Shown piece after piece: positions 54,148 through 58,395 of a stretch of DNA of 58,395 nucleotides. This stretch comes from a virus (taxonomy: Duplodnaviria; Caudoviricetes): IMG/VR virus record IMGVR_UViG_3300022896_000001, positions 1 through 58,395 of that record; one strand, given 5' to 3'. Position numbers and translations under genes: made by a program. The stretch's first letter is position 1. The number at the start of each line of letters is the position of its first letter. The notes under the pieces were generated by a model. The model searched no databases. It had not been told where the DNA came from and saw nothing but the letters and a program-made list of their open reading frames with translations.

Positions 54148-55553
54148 CCGACCCCGCCTCCGCCGACGACCTCCGCGACCGGCTCTCCGAGCACCTCGAA
54201 CGCACCATGCCGAAGTCAGCGTCCGGCTACCAGACCTACCTCCAGGACGAGATGTACTTCGGGCTGGCCGGGTTCATCGAGGCCGAGGTGGAAGCACGGG
54301 TGCTGGCCGAGCATCAGACCGACGTGGCCCGCCTCACCGACGAGAAGACCGCAGCGCACACCCGGAACGCCGTCCTCCGCTCCGAGCACCGCACCGAGGT
54401 CGAGCGGCTGCGTGCCGCAATGGCCCGTCTCGTGCTGACCGCCACCGACTCGTGGTCAGCGGTCGACGCCGACTTGGACGCCCAAGTGCAGGCGGCCGAA
54501 GCGGCGATCCGAGAGGCGCGCGACACGGCCACGTCGATGACGGCCGAGTCGTGGGCCTTGATGCGCCGCCAGCGGGACGCGCTGTCCAGCCTGCTGCGCG
54601 ACATGGCCCGCCGAGCGGTCCACGAGCGGCAGATGAAGCAGGAGGCCGTCGACGCGTTCGCCCGCCTGTCGGGGGGCAATACCCCCGCAGACGCGGAGGA
54701 GTTGCGTATCCGGATCGCCGAGCACGTCTCCGGCCTCTGCTGCACGCCGACCACGCTGTGCCCGCTGTGCGCGGTCAAGGTGGACGACATCGCCACAGCG
54801 GTCGAGCCGTTGCTGGCCGGACTTCGCAGCGATCGGGCCACGGCGCGGGACGAGTACGTCGCGGTCGGCGTGGACCTCGACCACGCGACCGACCGATTGT
54901 CCGACATGGTCGCCGATGCGGGCCTCGCTCGCCCCGAGTCGCTCGCTGAGGCGCTGGACGCCGTGTACGCGCTGATCTCCTCGCCGGGTTGGGGGTCGGC
55001 TGTCGCCACCCCCGGACAAGGCGCGAGCCCCAGGCCCCTCCATCCGGAGGGATCTCCTGAGGCTCACTTCCAGACGCACCGCAGTTCGGCTGGCAACACC
55101 ACCGAGGGTACCCCGGCTGTCGCCACCCCCGCCGACACACAGGCGGGCCAACTCCAAGCGTCCTCCAACTTGCTCCAAGCCTTGCAGCAAGCGCTGGCCA
55201 AGCCGGATGGCGACCTCTACCGCAAAGCCCACGGCTGGTTCGAGGAACCGCTGAACCGGACCGACCCGCAGAGCGCCACCGACGTGGCCGCCAGCGCGGT
55301 CATGTGGTTCCTGCGGCACTGGAAGGACCGGACTCCGCCGCTGTGCAGCACGCTGCCCCTTGGGCAGGAATGTCCCGGCCGCCCGAGGGTCGAGTGCTCG
55401 CGCTGCACCACCCCCGCCCCGTCCGCTGGGGGTGCCGACACCGAGGACGAGAGGGAGCGGGAGGCACGAGAAGACGCCGAGGACCGCGAGCAGCACGCGA
55501 CGCTCAACCCGCCGATGGCTGCCCGCACGGCACCTCCGGGACCGACGACGTGA
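54144..55553 (+). CDS. Large mosaic coiled-coil hypothetical protein
   Basis: GTGA overlaps at both ends. Confidence 0.6.
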   Translation: MTDPASADDLRDRLSEHLERTMPKSASGYQTYLQDEMYFGLAGFIEAEVEARVLAEHQTDVARLTDEKTAAHTRNAVLRSEHRTEVERLRAAMARLVLTATDSWSAVDADLDAQVQAAEAAIREARDTATSMTAESWALMRRQRDALSSLLRDMARRAVHERQMKQEAVDAFARLSGGNTPADAEELRIRIAEHVSGLCCTPTTLCPLCAVKVDDIATAVEPLLAGLRSDRATARDEYVAVGVDLDHATDRLSDMVADAGLARPESLAEALDAVYALISSPGWGSAVATPGQGASPRPLHPEGSPEAHFQTHRSSAGNTTEGTPAVATPADTQAGQLQASSNLLQALQQALAKPDGDLYRKAHGWFEEPLNRTDPQSATDVAASAVMWFLRHWKDRTPPLCSTLPLGQECPGRPRVECSRCTTPAPSAGGADTEDEREREAREDAEDREQHATLNPPMAARTAPPGPTT

Positions 55554-56281
55554 CCGCCCTCAACGAGCCGCCCGCCGGATACGCCGAGTTGCTGCGCATC
55601 CTCGCCAACCTGCCGCTGCTCGTGCTGGAGAAGCGGCGACGACTCGGCCTGTCCCAGCGGGCGGCAGCCGACCAGACCGGGCTGACGTTCTCCACCATCT
55701 GCCGCGCCGAGCAGGGCTACGACATGCGCCTGTCGACCGCGATGGAGCTCCTGGAATGGGTCGGCCGCTCCGACATTCCGCCCGCTCCGCCTGCCCCACC
55801 GAGAGGATCAAGCCTGATGCCTGACCTGCTCAGCCTCAACCCGCGCACCACCGACCTGATCAACCTCACCCCCCACGCCATCCGGCTCTACCACCACACC
55901 GCGCCGGACACCCTGGATAACGACTGGGACTTCCTCGTGCTCACGGTCGACCCGTCCGGCAGGACCGCCCGCCTGGCCGAGCGTTCGGTAGCGCTGCGCC
56001 ACACCGCGATGGAGAGCTACACGCAGGGCGACGTGAGCATCCCTGTCGAGTCGGTCGAGTACGGGCAGGTCGTCGGGCTACCGGAGGAGCAGTCGGGCGT
56101 GCTGCTGATCGTGCCGCCGGTGACCGCTTTGGCGGTGCTGGCGACCGGCGGCCGTGACGACCTGCTGGTGCCGTGGCGGCAAGTCCGCAACGTCAGCGGC
56201 ACGGTCATCGGCTGCCGAGCGTTCGCCCACCCGTTCACCGCTGTGTCGTCCCCTTCCCCCACCGAGAGGACCACGTCGTGA
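55550..56281 (+). CDS. XRE HTH fused in frame to an INLTPH-motif phage domain (internal start 55817)
   Basis: RRRLGLSQRAAADQTGLTFSTICRAEQG; LINLTPH...GLPE...RDDLLVP...VIGC. Confidence 0.7.
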   Translation: MTALNEPPAGYAELLRILANLPLLVLEKRRRLGLSQRAAADQTGLTFSTICRAEQGYDMRLSTAMELLEWVGRSDIPPAPPAPPRGSSLMPDLLSLNPRTTDLINLTPHAIRLYHHTAPDTLDNDWDFLVLTVDPSGRTARLAERSVALRHTAMESYTQGDVSIPVESVEYGQVVGLPEEQSGVLLIVPPVTALAVLATGGRDDLLVPWRQVRNVSGTVIGCRAFAHPFTAVSSPSPTERTTS

Positions 56282-56496
56282 AGTGGGTCAACCGCAACGA
56301 GGACAAGCCTCACCGCTGCCCCGAGTGCCACAGCATCGCCACCTGGGACCGCCGCTCCCACGGCCCCCGCACGCGAGTCGTCTGCCCTTCCGGGTGTGGC
56401 GTCCAGTGGCGGATGGGCGACCGGCTCACCCGGAAGCTCGATCTCTGGTGGAAGCGCCGCGACTCCGGCGGCCTCTGCATCCAGCCGAACCGATGA
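56278..56496 (+). CDS. Zn-ribbon small protein
   Basis: GAGAGGA RBS; CPEC...CPSGC. Confidence 0.6.
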   Translation: MKWVNRNEDKPHRCPECHSIATWDRRSHGPRTRVVCPSGCGVQWRMGDRLTRKLDLWWKRRDSGGLCIQPNR

Positions 56497-56521
56497 CCCC
56501 CACCGAGAGGACCGACAAGCC

Positions 56522-56731
56522 GTGAGCACCGAAACGATGATGCCCAGCGACCTCGAAGACGCCGTGCAGGTCGTCCTTGACCAGCTGTCCAACGAGGTCG
56601 ACGAGGCCACCGTCCGCGAGCACCTGGAGGCCGACGGCTGGACCCCGTCCGACGCGCAGGTCCGCGACGTCCTGAAGGGCGTGCTGCACAACCTGACCGG
56701 GTTGTCGTCCCCTCCCCGACAGGAGGGATGA
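56522..56731 (+). CDS. Small acidic protein
   Basis: GAGAGGA RBS + GTG. Confidence 0.6.
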   Translation: MSTETMMPSDLEDAVQVVLDQLSNEVDEATVREHLEADGWTPSDAQVRDVLKGVLHNLTGLSSPPRQEG

Positions 56732-56735
56732 GGAC

Positions 56736-57176
56736 GTGAAGACGCTGACGATCAGGCAGCCGTGGGCTTGGGCTGTGGCGAAGGGCATCAAGCCCATCGA
56801 GAACCGCGGCTGGACGACGAACTACCGCGGCACGCTCGCGATCCACGCCGCAGCCCGGTGGGATGACGAGGCGGAGGAAGCGCTGCGCGAGGTCGTGCAG
56901 CGCGCCCGAACCCAGGGCGCGGTCCTGCCGCGCACGCTCGCGGACGACTTTCCCCTCAGCTCCCTCGGCGCGGTCGTGGCGATCGCCGACCTGATGGACA
57001 TCTGCACCCAGCTCGACGGCCAGTGCGACTGCGGGCCGTGGGCGCAGATCGGACAGAACCACTGGCAGCTGGCCAACGTCCAGCCGCTCAGCGAGGCAGT
57101 CCCGGCGAAGGGGCGACTCGGGCTGTGGGAGCTGGACATCGACCTGTCCAGCCTGCTCGTCGGAGGTCGGCAGTGA
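56736..57176 (+). CDS. ASCH domain protein
   Basis: LTIRQPWAWAV..GIKPIENRGW..YRG.LAIHA...KGRLGLW. Confidence 0.9.
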   Translation: MKTLTIRQPWAWAVAKGIKPIENRGWTTNYRGTLAIHAAARWDDEAEEALREVVQRARTQGAVLPRTLADDFPLSSLGAVVAIADLMDICTQLDGQCDCGPWAQIGQNHWQLANVQPLSEAVPAKGRLGLWELDIDLSSLLVGGRQ

Positions 57177-57333
57177 CCGCGGTCTGGCACGCCTGCGACA
57201 CCTGCGGTGCTCGGCCCTGCCAAGGCGGGTGCCGCCGACGTACCGATGCCACCGGAAAAGCGCGCCACGGGTGCGCCGACATCCGCGCCTGCGTGCGCGT
57301 CTTCGATGGCCCTAACAAAGGAAGGCCCCGACC

Positions 57334-57582
57334 ATGACCACACCTGAAGCCCCGACCGAGCTGGAGCAACTGGTGCGCGCGGCCCGCCTGGTCATCGACA
57401 CCCAGTTCGGCTCGCCCAGCATGCTGAAGCGGAAGCTGTTCATCACCTACGACGAGGCCGCCCGGCTGCTGGGCGAGCTGGCGCGCTACGGCGTCGTCGG
57501 CCCGCCAGCGGCCACCCGCAAGGTCCTCGTCCCCTGCGGCCAGCTCGACGAAGTCGTCGACCAGATCCGCGGCGTCCGATGA
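57334..57582 (+). CDS. Stand-alone FtsK-gamma domain protein
   Basis: AARLVIDTQFGSPSMLKRKLFITYDEAARLLGELARYGVVGP..ATRKVL. Confidence 0.8.
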   Translation: MTTPEAPTELEQLVRAARLVIDTQFGSPSMLKRKLFITYDEAARLLGELARYGVVGPPAATRKVLVPCGQLDEVVDQIRGVR

Positions 57583-58241
57583 CCGCCCCCGGCAGCAGCC
57601 CGCACACGACCCGGCTCTCCGCGGCGGAACTGGGCGACCGGCTCCGCGCCAGCCGGTTGAACATCGGCCTGAGTCAGCAGAACGTGACCGACCGGATCGG
57701 CATCGGGCGGTCGGCGCTCTCCGACGTCGAGCACGGTCAACGGGCCGTGAGCGCACTGGAGCTGAAGGCCTTGGCCGCGCTCTACCAGGTGGACGTGGAC
57801 GACCTGCTCGGCGACGGGCTGCCTGCGGCAGCTGCTCCTCCAGTTCCCTCACCGGTGGTGCTCGGCGTCGGAGGCCCCGGCTACGTCGCCCTCAACAGCT
57901 TCGGCGCGCTCGTGCGCGAGGCCTACGACCACGTTCCCTACCTCGTCGGGTCCGCGGTGCGCGGTAAGACCTGGCGCGACGTCGACGTCCGCCTGATCCT
58001 CCCCGACGACGAGTTCGCCGCCATGTTCGGCGACGCCCCGTGGGGACTGAACCCGCTGTTCTGCCTGCTGTCCGCAGGCATCTCCGCGTGGGGCAAAGAA
58101 CTCACGTCGTTGCCGATCGACTTCCAGTTCCAGCCGCAGACCCACGCCAACGCGAAGTACTCCGGCGCCCGACAGCCGCTGGGGATCTGGTCCACCAGGT
58201 TGTCCGCCACCACCGACAACCCCACCAGCACGGAGTACTGA
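57579..58241 (+). CDS. XRE HTH fused to a nucleotidyltransferase-like domain
   Basis: GLSQQNV..IGIGRSALSDVEHGQR; YLVGSAVRGKTWRDVDVRLIL...PIDFQ. Confidence 0.75.
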   Translation: MTAPGSSPHTTRLSAAELGDRLRASRLNIGLSQQNVTDRIGIGRSALSDVEHGQRAVSALELKALAALYQVDVDDLLGDGLPAAAAPPVPSPVVLGVGGPGYVALNSFGALVREAYDHVPYLVGSAVRGKTWRDVDVRLILPDDEFAAMFGDAPWGLNPLFCLLSAGISAWGKELTSLPIDFQFQPQTHANAKYSGARQPLGIWSTRLSATTDNPTSTEY

Positions 58242-58268
58242 TGCTTTCACCCCTCAGCACACCCGCTC

Positions 58269-58395
58269 AGGTTCGCCAAGCTGCCCTCGACAGGCTCGCC
58301 GCCGTTGACTTCGTGCCCGATGTGGACCCGGCCCGGTACGAGCGGATGCTGTCCGCCCTGCACGACCAGGAGTGGCGGCCACTGCACACCCAGGT
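58269..58395. repeat. Terminal 127-bp direct repeat (copy 2)
   Basis: Identical to 1-127. Confidence 0.95.

Overview
This is a complete, circularly assembled temperate siphophage genome of about 58.27 kb from a high-GC actinomycete (probably a mycelial one such as Pseudonocardiaceae or Streptomyces-like, by inference). Bases 1-127 repeat exactly at 58269-58395, consistent with an assembler overlap. It carries a standard late block (terminase, portal, capsid, tail with a -1 frameshift chaperone, tape measure, GH25 endolysin, holin; 14.9-39.1 kb). It also has an intact attP matching the 3' half of tRNA-Leu(TAG), an integrase / ImmA-like protease / repressor / Cro / Xis switch, a replication initiator with internal iterons, and many small early genes. 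The most unusual element is an actinomycete plasmid/AICE-type DNA-transfer module (4.6-11.9 kb): TraB/FtsK translocase, Spd-like membrane proteins and a divergent GntR/KorSA-like regulator, with two families of repeats that look like cis transfer or binding sites. This suggests a phage that may also spread by conjugation. Also notable are two small-HTH/palindromic-operator switches driving small genes (Acr/Aca-like layout), three copies of a 38-bp repressor-like operator, two stand-alone FtsK-gamma domains and an apparently catalytically dead AAA ATPase. All family assignments come from motif recognition by eye; no database searches were run.
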